Positions 1 to 8,535 of a stretch of DNA of 61,100 nucleotides are shown here, piece after piece. The notes under the pieces were generated by a model that made no database searches, was not told where the DNA came from, and worked only from the letters and a program-made list of their open reading frames with translations. This stretch comes from a virus (taxonomy: Duplodnaviria; Caudoviricetes), in IMG/VR virus record IMGVR_UViG_3300021962_000107, positions 1 to 61,100 of that record; one strand, given 5' to 3'. The translations under genes were made by a program, and so were the position numbers. Every line of letters starts with the position of its first letter. The first letter of the stretch is position 1.

Positions 1-2
1 TT

Positions 3-2780
3 GGATATGTAGTAAAGGCTCATGCATCTTCTGGAGAAATCTTTGTTAATATTCAAAATGGTTATGAATTAAATGAACTTCACGGAGTTTTAATAAATGG
101 AGTATCTGATAATCAAGCATTGGTATATAATTCTTCTGCAAGTTTATGGTATAACGAATCAATTGTAAATTCTTTACAAGGTACTGAAAATGAAATTAAT
201 GTTTCCGCATCCACTGGAAATATAACCATTGGCATTCCAGATTCTCCACTTTTTATAACTCCAAACATTGGGGCAGCAACAGCAACATCTATTAATGGAA
301 CCACTATTCCAACATCTGCAAGTTTAGCTACAACAGAAGATTTATATTACTATTTAACTTCTGCGTCTGCTGCTTTATTATATCAACCAATAAGTGTAAG
401 ACTTTTTAATTTAACTGCTTTAGAAAATGTTGAAGGATTTTTAAGAACAGATGGAGGCTTGGGATGGGGTATAGATACTGCAGAATATTTAACAACTGGA
501 AATGCTTCCTCAACCTATTTAACTCAACTAGACGCTTCAGATCTATATCTTACTCAGATTGATGCAGAAAATACTTATTTGACACCAGTAACTAGTGCCT
601 CAATATATCAACCACTAGACGATGACCTAACTGCTATCGCAGCACTTTCTGGATCTTCAGGATTTTTAAAGAAAACACTTACAAACACTTGGACACTTGA
701 TACAAATACATATATAACTACATATGATGCTGGAATAACTTATCAACCAATTGGAAATTATGCAACTATTAGTGGGGCAGAAACTCTAACAAATAAAACC
801 ATGAGCTCTGCATTTGTTAATGATGTTTTAACATTTGATGATGGTGCAAATTCAAGCACTATTGATGTTGCTGGAGATAATCTTACAATTAATGCATATG
901 ATGATCTGTATCTAACTACTACAATTGGAGACATTGTATTACAACCAGATCATTTTGTAAAAATATATGATGAATATGTTGCTACACAAGAATGGGTGGG
1001 TTTTCAAAACTATTTAACACAGTCTAGTGCTTCTACTACATATCAACCAATTGGAAGTTATTCTACAACTTCCCATAATCATACGTTAGACAGTCTTTCA
1101 AATGTTGTAATTACTGGAACTCCTGCAGATGGACAGGCAATTGTTTGGGATACGGCTACTTCAAAGTGGGTAAACGAAACAGTTTCTGGTGGTGGTGGAG
1201 CATCATATCCTGATCAAACTGGAAATGATGGAAAGTTTTTACAAACAAATAGTGGAAGCGTATCTTGGCAAAATGTTGACTTTACAGGATATTTAACAGA
1301 ATCATCTGCGTCTACAACATATTTAACTCAGGCTTCTGCTTCTTCAACATACCAACCTGTTGGAAGCTATTTGACATCAGAATCAGACACCCTTGAAACT
1401 GTTACTGACAGAGGTGCATCTTCTACAAATGCTATTACAATTACAAATGCCACAGCAGCTTCTTCTCCAACAACTGGAGCACTTATTGTTACAGGTGGTG
1501 TAGGAATTGGTGAAGATCTATATGTAAATAATGATGTTCATATTGGTGGAGATATACATATTACAGGATCTATTAGTGGATCTTTAACATATGTAAATGT
1601 AAGTGATTTAGTTGTTACAGATCCTTTAATTTATCTTGCTGAAAGCAATCCTAATGATTCTGTAGACATTGGTATTTTTGGTGCATTAAATCATAGCTCT
1701 TCAGCATATTATCATACTGGACTTATTAGAGATGCCTCAGATTCTGGAAAGTGGAAACTGGCTTCAAATCTTTTAGATCCAATAAACAATATTATTGATT
1801 TTACAGGTGCAACATTTGATACATTAAAAATTGGAGCACTTGAAGTAACAGATGCCTCAACAACAAGAACAAATCTTGGTCTTGCTATTGGAACAGATGT
1901 TCAGGCTTATAATTCTACACTTGCAGCAGTCGCAGGTGGAACATATACTGGTGATGATAGTATCACAACTGTTGGAACTATTACAGTTGGAACATGGAAT
2001 GGTTCAACTATTGGATATGCCTATGGTGGAACTGGATTAACAACTCTTGGAGCTGCTGGTCAAGTTCTCAAGGTTAATTCTGGAGCAACTGCTCTAGAAT
2101 GGGGATCAGCAGGACCATCCTTTACAGACTCTGCAGGTCTTGCATCTATAATTTCAGATGAAACTGGAACTGGATCTCTTGTATTTGCAGATACTCCAAC
2201 TTTAATTACACCAAATATTGGAGTTGCTACAGCAACATCTATCAATGGAACAACCATTCCATCCTCTGTAACACTAACAAAAACTTCTGATAATCTATCA
2301 GTATTTGCCAGTACAACTTCTGCAGAGTTAGCATCTATAATTACAAATGAAACTGGCTCTGGCTCTTTAGTATTTTCAAATTCTCCTACACTAGTAACCC
2401 CAAATATTGGAGCAGCAACTGGAACTTCTTTAACTACAACTGGTAATGTAATTAGTCATACTGATATTTTAACTCCAACATTTGTAACAAACTCTTATAC
2501 CTTGACAATAGGAGACGATGGTGACATATTAATGTTAAATAATTCAACTACTGCTGGAAACCTTTTAATTCCAACAGATGCTTCTGTTAATTTTCCAATT
2601 GGAACACAAATTACTATTGTTCAGCAGGGAACTGGTCTAATCACTGTATCTGCAGTAACTCCAGCAACAACCACATTAAATTCAACTCCTGGAGCTAAAC
2701 TAAGAGCACAATGGTCTTCTGCTTCATTAATAAAGACTGCAGCAAATACTTGGCTGCTAGTGGGAGATCTAACGGTATAA
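3..2780 (+). CDS. Large tail fibre / virion surface protein (5'-truncated by the window edge)
   Basis: The frame is open from nt 3 (GYVVKAHASSGEIFVNIQNGYELNELHGV...), so the ORF-track start at 120 is internal. Thr/Ser/Gly-rich, with 10-aa YLT....STY(QP) repeats, a TTGALIVTGGVGIG motif, three TPNIG.AT.TS blocks and a C-terminal FPIGTQI...LRAQWSSASLIK...WLLVGDL module typical of phage fibres. Confidence 0.75.
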   Translation, partial: GYVVKAHASSGEIFVNIQNGYELNELHGVLINGVSDNQALVYNSSASLWYNESIVNSLQGTENEINVSASTGNITIGIPDSPLFITPNIGAATATSINGTTIPTSASLATTEDLYYYLTSASAALLYQPISVRLFNLTALENVEGFLRTDGGLGWGIDTAEYLTTGNASSTYLTQLDASDLYLTQIDAENTYLTPVTSASIYQPLDDDLTAIAALSGSSGFLKKTLTNTWTLDTNTYITTYDAGITYQPIGNYATISGAETLTNKTMSSAFVNDVLTFDDGANSSTIDVAGDNLTINAYDDLYLTTTIGDIVLQPDHFVKIYDEYVATQEWVGFQNYLTQSSASTTYQPIGSYSTTSHNHTLDSLSNVVITGTPADGQAIVWDTATSKWVNETVSGGGGASYPDQTGNDGKFLQTNSGSVSWQNVDFTGYLTESSASTTYLTQASASSTYQPVGSYLTSESDTLETVTDRGASSTNAITITNATAASSPTTGALIVTGGVGIGEDLYVNNDVHIGGDIHITGSISGSLTYVNVSDLVVTDPLIYLAESNPNDSVDIGIFGALNHSSSAYYHTGLIRDASDSGKWKLASNLLDPINNIIDFTGATFDTLKIGALEVTDASTTRTNLGLAIGTDVQAYNSTLAAVAGGTYTGDDSITTVGTITVGTWNGSTIGYAYGGTGLTTLGAAGQVLKVNSGATALEWGSAGPSFTDSAGLASIISDETGTGSLVFADTPTLITPNIGVATATSINGTTIPSSVTLTKTSDNLSVFASTTSAELASIITNETGSGSLVFSNSPTLVTPNIGAATGTSLTTTGNVISHTDILTPTFVTNSYTLTIGDDGDILMLNNSTTAGNLLIPTDASVNFPIGTQITIVQQGTGLITVSAVTPATTTLNSTPGAKLRAQWSSASLIKTAANTWLLVGDLTV

Positions 2781-2781
2781 T
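2776..2781 (+). promoter_or_regulatory. -10 box (TATAAT) 6 nt upstream of ATG 2788; probable leaderless promoter
   Basis: ggTATAATataattATG; no Shine-Dalgarno. Confidence 0.5.
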
Positions 2782-2787
2782 ATAATT

Positions 2788-3825
2788 ATGAACATTATTG
2801 GGTCAGTTGCATCTGCAACAAGAAAAATATTTAGAGATACTTTTAATAGGGCAAATCAGACTGGAATTGGTACATCATCTGATGGATCAACCTGGAATAT
2901 AATTAGAGGATCTTTTAATATTACTACAAACAAAGCTGATGGTCAAACTCCTTCAAATTATCCAACTGCTACAGTAGATATGCCAAAAGATACAGTAACG
3001 ATTAGTTTAAGCGGTGTTACTCAAGGATCTACCGCAGCCCTATGGGTTACAGATAGTGGAAACTGGTTTGGCGTTGGAATTGATCAAGAAACAATTTCAT
3101 GTAATTGTCAAACCTGTTCAACACCAGGAAATTGTAATGCCACTAACTATGTTTGCAATGTAGCAAATTATCCTTGTAACGCTACGAACTTTTCTTGTAC
3201 AACTTGGAGTCGTGTCTGCAACTCATCAAGTTATTTTTGTGATGTTGTTGGAAATAGATTCTGTAGAGGGTATACAAGTCCTTGTAATGCTATGAGTACC
3301 CCGTTTAGTCCATGTACTGCATGGTCTAGAGTTTGTAGTAGTGGATATAATACTGGAAACTGTAACTCTACAAACTCTATGACAACGTGTAATGCATACA
3401 CTAGTCCATGTAATGCAGGAAACTATCCATGTTCTACATGGTCTACAGTATGTAATTCAGCTTCATATCCATGTGCTGCATATAATGCAACAACTTTCTA
3501 TAGTTGTAATTGTCAAACTTGTTATCCTCAATATATTAGATTTATTAGATCTGCTTCTAATACAGTAACAGAACTGACTAACTGGTTGGTGGCTAGTGTT
3601 GTTCAATCTTTTAAAGTTATTATATCTTCTATAAATCCAGCAAAAACATCAGCAACAGCAACTATAAAGCCATATTCAGACACCAACCTATCTACACAAA
3701 TTGGATCAGATTTAACATATACTCCAACTGGGGTTGCAATTAATGCAAAATATGGTATAATGGTAAAACCTTCAAGTTATTCTCAAGGAACAACTATTGA
3801 TGAAATATCAATAGAAACAAATTAA
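2788..3825 (+). CDS. Putative virion/receptor-binding protein with a 22-Cys insert
   Basis: Beta-rich N- and C-terminal parts (FRDTFNRAN start) with no Cys; the centre has 22 Cys bracketed by two CNCQTC motifs; follows the fibre gene. Confidence 0.6.
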   Translation: MNIIGSVASATRKIFRDTFNRANQTGIGTSSDGSTWNIIRGSFNITTNKADGQTPSNYPTATVDMPKDTVTISLSGVTQGSTAALWVTDSGNWFGVGIDQETISCNCQTCSTPGNCNATNYVCNVANYPCNATNFSCTTWSRVCNSSSYFCDVVGNRFCRGYTSPCNAMSTPFSPCTAWSRVCSSGYNTGNCNSTNSMTTCNAYTSPCNAGNYPCSTWSTVCNSASYPCAAYNATTFYSCNCQTCYPQYIRFIRSASNTVTELTNWLVASVVQSFKVIISSINPAKTSATATIKPYSDTNLSTQIGSDLTYTPTGVAINAKYGIMVKPSSYSQGTTIDEISIETN

Positions 3826-3835
3826 AGGAGATATA

Positions 3836-4090
3836 GTGTCAGACGAGCAAACTCTACCAGAAATTCCAGATTTAGTAGCTCCACAGTTTGAAGTGTCTCC
3901 ACATCCATATGATATTGCATTAATTGTTGATGATACTGTTTTTCAAATAATGAATGTTGATGGACAACAGGCAGCACAATTCATGTCTCAACCAAAATTT
4001 GTAAGAATTCTTCCTGGAGACTATGTTAAAATTGGATGGAAATATATTGACGGAAGCTTTGTTTATCCAAGCGAAGCTGAGGGATACTAG
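3836..4090 (+). CDS. Small fibre-associated protein (possible assembly chaperone), paralogue A
   Basis: AAGGAG SD plus GTG start; IALIVDDTVFQIM...IGWKYIDGSF; paralogous to 4814..5134. Confidence 0.6.
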   Translation: MSDEQTLPEIPDLVAPQFEVSPHPYDIALIVDDTVFQIMNVDGQQAAQFMSQPKFVRILPGDYVKIGWKYIDGSFVYPSEAEGY

Positions 4091-4103
4091 ATAGGGTCTA
4101 GCT

Positions 4104-4814
4104 TTGAAGCTAATACACTTTGTATGTGCGGAATCAATGGATATTGGAAAACCGCAACCAATTAAAAAATTTATTCCAGATTGGTACAAAAAAGCAGAAA
4201 CTCATTATGTTTCTGATGAGGACGACATATCTGTTGAAAATGGAGAGCAAAAAAAGACTGCAGGTTTAAAAACATGTGTTCCATTTTTAGACGCAATGGT
4301 ATCTGGATATGCACTTGTAGTTCCATTTGATATATATGTTGGAAGAACTGAAAATGGAGATCTTGATATAAAATGGAATGCTCCACAAGGATGGGAAAAT
4401 TTTATTGAAGAAAGACCAAAGCAGTCTGGATCTACTATGCCAAGACCAGCAGGACATGCTCCAAATCATCTAGTTTGGTCAGGTAGATGGGGTATAAAAG
4501 TTCCTAGAGGATATAGCGTATTAGTTACTCATCCATTAAATAGACAAGATTTGCCTTTTACAACTTCTTCTGCAATAATGGATAGTGATAAGTTTTTTGG
4601 AAATGGAAATATTCCATTTTTTATCAAAGAAGACTTTGTAGGAGTAATAGAAAAAAATACTCCTTTTGCTCAAATAATTCCAATTAAAAGAAAAAAGTGG
4701 AAAATGGTTCACAATGATGCACTGGTATATGACATATCAAGGCAAAGTCATAGAATTAGAGAAAAAGAAGGAATGTACAAAAAGAAATATTGGACTAGAA
4801 AGGACTACTCTTAA
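4104..4814 (+). CDS. DUF6065-like protein (possible dUTPase-like beta fold), paralogue 1
   Basis: KTCVPFLDAMVSGY...PRGYSVLVTHPLNR.DLPF...IMDSD...GVIEKNTPFAQIIPIKR; paralogous to 5124..5789. Confidence 0.6.
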   Translation: MKLIHFVCAESMDIGKPQPIKKFIPDWYKKAETHYVSDEDDISVENGEQKKTAGLKTCVPFLDAMVSGYALVVPFDIYVGRTENGDLDIKWNAPQGWENFIEERPKQSGSTMPRPAGHAPNHLVWSGRWGIKVPRGYSVLVTHPLNRQDLPFTTSSAIMDSDKFFGNGNIPFFIKEDFVGVIEKNTPFAQIIPIKRKKWKMVHNDALVYDISRQSHRIREKEGMYKKKYWTRKDYS

Positions 4815-5134
4815 TGGCAAAAAATCACAATCATGAAAATGGTATAAGAGTTTTAACAACAAGAGAGATGATTAATGACTTTTTTACTAGAAGAAAAAAG
4901 TATAAAAATAAGATATCCTTAGATTCTAGTGCAATGCCACCACCTCCTCCAAGCTCTAAAATAAATTATTTAGCAATTATTTTAGATGATGAAGTGCAAG
5001 AGATAATGAGAGCACAAAATAGGTTGGCAGCACTATTACTAAGTCAGCCATTGATTGTAGAATTTGATCCAGAAGAAATTCAGCCAAATATTGGTTGGAG
5101 CTACGTTGATGGAAAATTCTATAATGAAGAGTAA
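4814..5134 (+). CDS. Small fibre-associated protein, paralogue B
   Basis: LAIILDDEVQEIM...IGWSYVDGKF aligns with 3836..4090; start overlaps the upstream stop (TAATG). Confidence 0.6.
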   Translation: MAKNHNHENGIRVLTTREMINDFFTRRKKYKNKISLDSSAMPPPPPSSKINYLAIILDDEVQEIMRAQNRLAALLLSQPLIVEFDPEEIQPNIGWSYVDGKFYNEE

Positions 5135-5789
5135 TAAAAAAATTAAATTTATATCTTGTATGCCAGAAATAGATATACCACATCCATATCCAGCAAGTAA
5201 GCTAGTTCCAGAATGGTATAGAAGACTTCCTGGTGCTTCAAATAAGGTTGAGACAGTAAAGAAATGTATTCCAATACTAGACGCACTAACTTCTGGGTAC
5301 ATGATAACTTTGCCAGTAGATGTTCATTTTAATCAAGAAGAAAAAAGTTTTTGGTACGACTCTCCATTTCAGATTAATTCTGACCACTATGTTTCACAAA
5401 CACAGGGAGTTGATATAGGTAAAGAATTTGATGAGCAACCACATAAATGGATTAATCAGTGGTTAATTGAAACTCCAAAAGGGTATAGTTGTTTATTTAT
5501 ACATCCATTAAATAGAATGGACCTTCCATTTAGATCCTTTACTGGAATTGTAGATACAGACAAACATCCAATTGCCATAAACTTTCCTTTTGTTATGAAA
5601 AAAGATTTTTCTGGAGTAATTCCAGCAGGTACTCCAATTATACAGATTATCCCATTTAAAAGAGATGACTGGTCTATGGATGTAATTGATGACAGACCTT
5701 TTAAAGAACATCCAGAGGCACATGAAGTAGAAAATCCACCGTTCAACTGGTATAAAAGAAAATGGTGGACAAGAAAGGTATATTCTTAA
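5124..5789 (+). CDS. DUF6065-like protein, paralogue 2
   Basis: KKCIPILDALTSGY...PKGYSCLFIHPLNR.DLPF...GIVDTD...GTPIIQIIPFKR; start placed at ATG 5124 by alignment with paralogue 1. Confidence 0.6.
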   Translation: MKSNKKIKFISCMPEIDIPHPYPASKLVPEWYRRLPGASNKVETVKKCIPILDALTSGYMITLPVDVHFNQEEKSFWYDSPFQINSDHYVSQTQGVDIGKEFDEQPHKWINQWLIETPKGYSCLFIHPLNRMDLPFRSFTGIVDTDKHPIAINFPFVMKKDFSGVIPAGTPIIQIIPFKRDDWSMDVIDDRPFKEHPEAHEVENPPFNWYKRKWWTRKVYS

Positions 5790-6754
5790 TGGAAACAATC
5801 TATGTTGGAATACCATCAATGGTTGATACCGAAACAGCTGCCACTATTAGGAATGCTATAGAATATGCAGAGTTTCCAGAAAGAGTTTTTATTGGAGTTT
5901 CTTTTAAAGATTTAAATAAAAAAGAATATAAAAAAGTTTTAGATTTAAAAAAAGAATATCCAAACATAACTGTAGAGTTTATAAAACTTAAAAAAAGAGA
6001 TGTATCTCAATATGGAACTGGAGATGGTAGATATAGAGCACAAAAACTATACTCTGGTCAAGATTATATGCTTCAGGTAGATTCTCATACATATTTTGAT
6101 AAAAACTGGGATTCTTATTTAATAAAATCATTTAAAGAATTTAAAAGTGAGACTGGAATAGAAAAATTTGTACTTACATCATACATACCATATTATTCAT
6201 ACGCTCCACATAGAGTTAGACACTCAGGAGATCTATACCTTCCAAGGTATCCACATCTACTTGTAGACCAGTTTTTCCTAGGCTATTTACCTAAATGGGA
6301 TGACACAACAATTCCAAAAGAAAAAAACTTACCTAAATTTTTACCATGTGTAAAATTTAACGGAGCCTTCGCATTTGGAGACAAAAATTTTATCAACAAT
6401 ACTGGAGTTTTTAAGGATGCAATATTTTACGATGAGGAATTAATTCAAAGTATAAATTTAGTTGGAAATGGATTTGCTTTAGTTTTTCTAAATGTTACAG
6501 ATTTTCCAATAGCACATCTATACTCTGCAGACATTAATAAGTTTGGTGGCAAAAGAACATACTTTGGAGATCTTTTAAGCTTAAGAAAACAAAAGGAAGT
6601 GGCAGATAAAGCCGTATCAAATTATTTAAACTTTATATCAAATCCAGAAAATAAAGAACGTGTTAAAAAATATGAAAAATATGCTAAAATGGATTCTAGG
6701 CGTGGAGCCCTTTTTAATAACTATATACCTAAAAAATTTATTGTGGAGGATTAA
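5789..6754 (+). CDS. GT60/GlcNAc-family glycosyltransferase (Skp1 hydroxyproline GlcNAc-transferase-like)
   Basis: TIYVGIPSMVD...AEFPERVFIG...RYRAQKLYSGQDYMLQVDSHTYFDKNWD...FNGAFAF...EE...HLY match the family pattern (QxDSH); start overlaps the upstream stop. Confidence 0.75.
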   Translation: METIYVGIPSMVDTETAATIRNAIEYAEFPERVFIGVSFKDLNKKEYKKVLDLKKEYPNITVEFIKLKKRDVSQYGTGDGRYRAQKLYSGQDYMLQVDSHTYFDKNWDSYLIKSFKEFKSETGIEKFVLTSYIPYYSYAPHRVRHSGDLYLPRYPHLLVDQFFLGYLPKWDDTTIPKEKNLPKFLPCVKFNGAFAFGDKNFINNTGVFKDAIFYDEELIQSINLVGNGFALVFLNVTDFPIAHLYSADINKFGGKRTYFGDLLSLRKQKEVADKAVSNYLNFISNPENKERVKKYEKYAKMDSRRGALFNNYIPKKFIVED

Positions 6755-6755
6755 T

Positions 6756-7067
6756 ATGGACAATGTACCAGATATTCCAGAACTGGTATACCCAAAAGTT
6801 GTAGAGGAAAAAAACTCAGATGCAAAAAGACCCGTCAGACCATGGGATATATTTAATAAAAATGTTGAAAAAGTAGCAGAAAATGTTCAAAAAGAAAGAA
6901 TGTCAACATGCTTGCAATGTCCTAGATTAATTAAGGCTACAAGGCAATGTAAAGAATGTGGATGCTTTATGGATGCAAAGACTAGGCTTTTTGATGCAGA
7001 ATGTCCATTAGGAAAATGGAGTCAGATAAAAGTTAGCAGAGATCAGTTTGATTATAAGAACGGATAA
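6756..7067 (+). CDS. Cys-cluster protein (DUF6171-like)
   Basis: GGAGG SD before ATG 6756; RMSTCLQCP...QCKECGCFM..K......CPLGKW (6 Cys). Confidence 0.65.
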   Translation: MDNVPDIPELVYPKVVEEKNSDAKRPVRPWDIFNKNVEKVAENVQKERMSTCLQCPRLIKATRQCKECGCFMDAKTRLFDAECPLGKWSQIKVSRDQFDYKNG

Positions 7068-7069
7068 TA

Positions 7070-7810
7070 ATGCCTGAAATAAGTATCGTAACTGGTAATG
7101 CAACCAACATGTCTTTTATTAATAGCTCCTCTGTTGATTTAATTATTGCCGCACCCCCATTTATTTATAAAAGTCCAGAAATATATGGAGGAGATCCAAA
7201 AAAACAAATAAACTTTAATCATAATAAAATGTTAAATCTTCTTATTAAAAGTACTAAAGAGATGGAAAGAGTTTTAAAGCTAACAGGAAGTATATGGATT
7301 GAAATATCTCCAGAAGATGACTTAATGCATAGATATATTTCAAAAGTATTAAAAAAAACTAATTTAAAACATGTTGATACAATTATTCATAAAATATCAG
7401 AAGATGAATATAAGTCAAAAAATGATGAATTTATTTATAAAGATTGGTATTTATGGTTTCATCTTGTAAAAGATTCTGATGCATTCTATAAAAATCCATT
7501 TAAAATAAAAAAATTTAGAGACCCATTATGGGAGTTGAAAAATACAAATAAAGATGATATAATTGACAAAACTTTAAGACTAAATTATCCAAATATTCCT
7601 AATTACACTGTTATTAAAGATATACCAGAAAGGCTTATCGAAATGTACACTAAACAAGGTGGTCTAGTTTTAGATCCATTTGGAGGAAGTGGAACGGTTG
7701 CTTCTGTGGCTTATAATTTAAATAGAAATGCCATAAGTGTTGATATATCTGAGGATCAAACAGAGATAGCAAAAAGAAGACTAGAATTAACGAAAAGTAT
7801 TGATAAGTGA
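7070..7810 (+). CDS. N4/N6 DNA methyltransferase family (beta class) with a degenerate catalytic motif
   Basis: SVDLIIAAPPF near the N-terminus where (S/D)PPY is expected; VLDPFGGSGT SAM-binding motif near the C-terminus. Confidence 0.7.
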   Translation: MPEISIVTGNATNMSFINSSSVDLIIAAPPFIYKSPEIYGGDPKKQINFNHNKMLNLLIKSTKEMERVLKLTGSIWIEISPEDDLMHRYISKVLKKTNLKHVDTIIHKISEDEYKSKNDEFIYKDWYLWFHLVKDSDAFYKNPFKIKKFRDPLWELKNTNKDDIIDKTLRLNYPNIPNYTVIKDIPERLIEMYTKQGGLVLDPFGGSGTVASVAYNLNRNAISVDISEDQTEIAKRRLELTKSIDK

Positions 7811-8535
7811 TGTTTAATAAAAAATACATAGAAATTAATAGACTTTCTGAAACTCCAGTATTTGAAGTAATTCCAGGAAAAGTAAAAAGAAAATGGATGG
7901 ATAAAACAGAAGGAAATGCCTATAAGTGTGTTCCAATGAATGTTGCAAATTCTTATGGGTGGACTGTTTTATCTCCTTTAGAATTTTCTGCAACTTGGGA
8001 TGGTGGGAATGCAAAACATTCTCTTCAAGTTGATTTGCCAGCAAATAGTCCATTTAGATTTGCAGCATCTGAGTTTGGTCATGGAATTTTATCTATTGTT
8101 CCAGATTTTATAGTTAGAACATCAAAGAATGTTTCTTTATATGTAAGGGGAGTTCCAAATCAACTTGCTATAGGTCTACAGCCATTTGATGGCATAATTG
8201 AAACAGATTGGCTACCTTTTACTTTTACATTTAATTATAAGTTTATTAAATCTGGAAGGTTAACAATTAAAAAAGATCAACCACTTTTTACATTTTTTCC
8301 AATAGAAAGAGGATATATAGAAAATTTTGAAACTAGAGACATAAATGTTTATGATGATAAAGAGTTTTATGAAGATTATTTAAAATACTCAGACCTAAGA
8401 GAGGATCAAAACTCTGGCAAAGATAGTAAAAATGGTGGTGCATATTTAAAAGGTAAGTTATACGATAAAGAGTTTGAAATAGAAAATCATATAAAAAAGG
8501 TTAGCCTTTCAGAGTTTAAAAAGAAGGAAAAATAG
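7810..8535 (+). CDS. DUF6065 family protein, paralogue 3 (more divergent)
   Basis: RKWMD...AYKCVPMNVANSYGW...FGHGILS...GVPN...GIIETDWLPFTFTFN. Confidence 0.7.
   Translation: MFNKKYIEINRLSETPVFEVIPGKVKRKWMDKTEGNAYKCVPMNVANSYGWTVLSPLEFSATWDGGNAKHSLQVDLPANSPFRFAASEFGHGILSIVPDFIVRTSKNVSLYVRGVPNQLAIGLQPFDGIIETDWLPFTFTFNYKFIKSGRLTIKKDQPLFTFFPIERGYIENFETRDINVYDDKEFYEDYLKYSDLREDQNSGKDSKNGGAYLKGKLYDKEFEIENHIKKVSLSEFKKKEK

Noticed and set aside
256-2262. Repeated fibre segments as a DGR template/variable pair
   Set aside because: Differences are mostly third-position and not adenine-specific; no reverse transcriptase in the window
3130-3500. Many N-x-S/T sequons (NAT, NFS, NSS, NST) in the Cys block as N-glycosylation sites
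   Set aside because: No N-glycosyltransferase recognised, and the Asn/Ser/Thr-rich composition would produce them by chance
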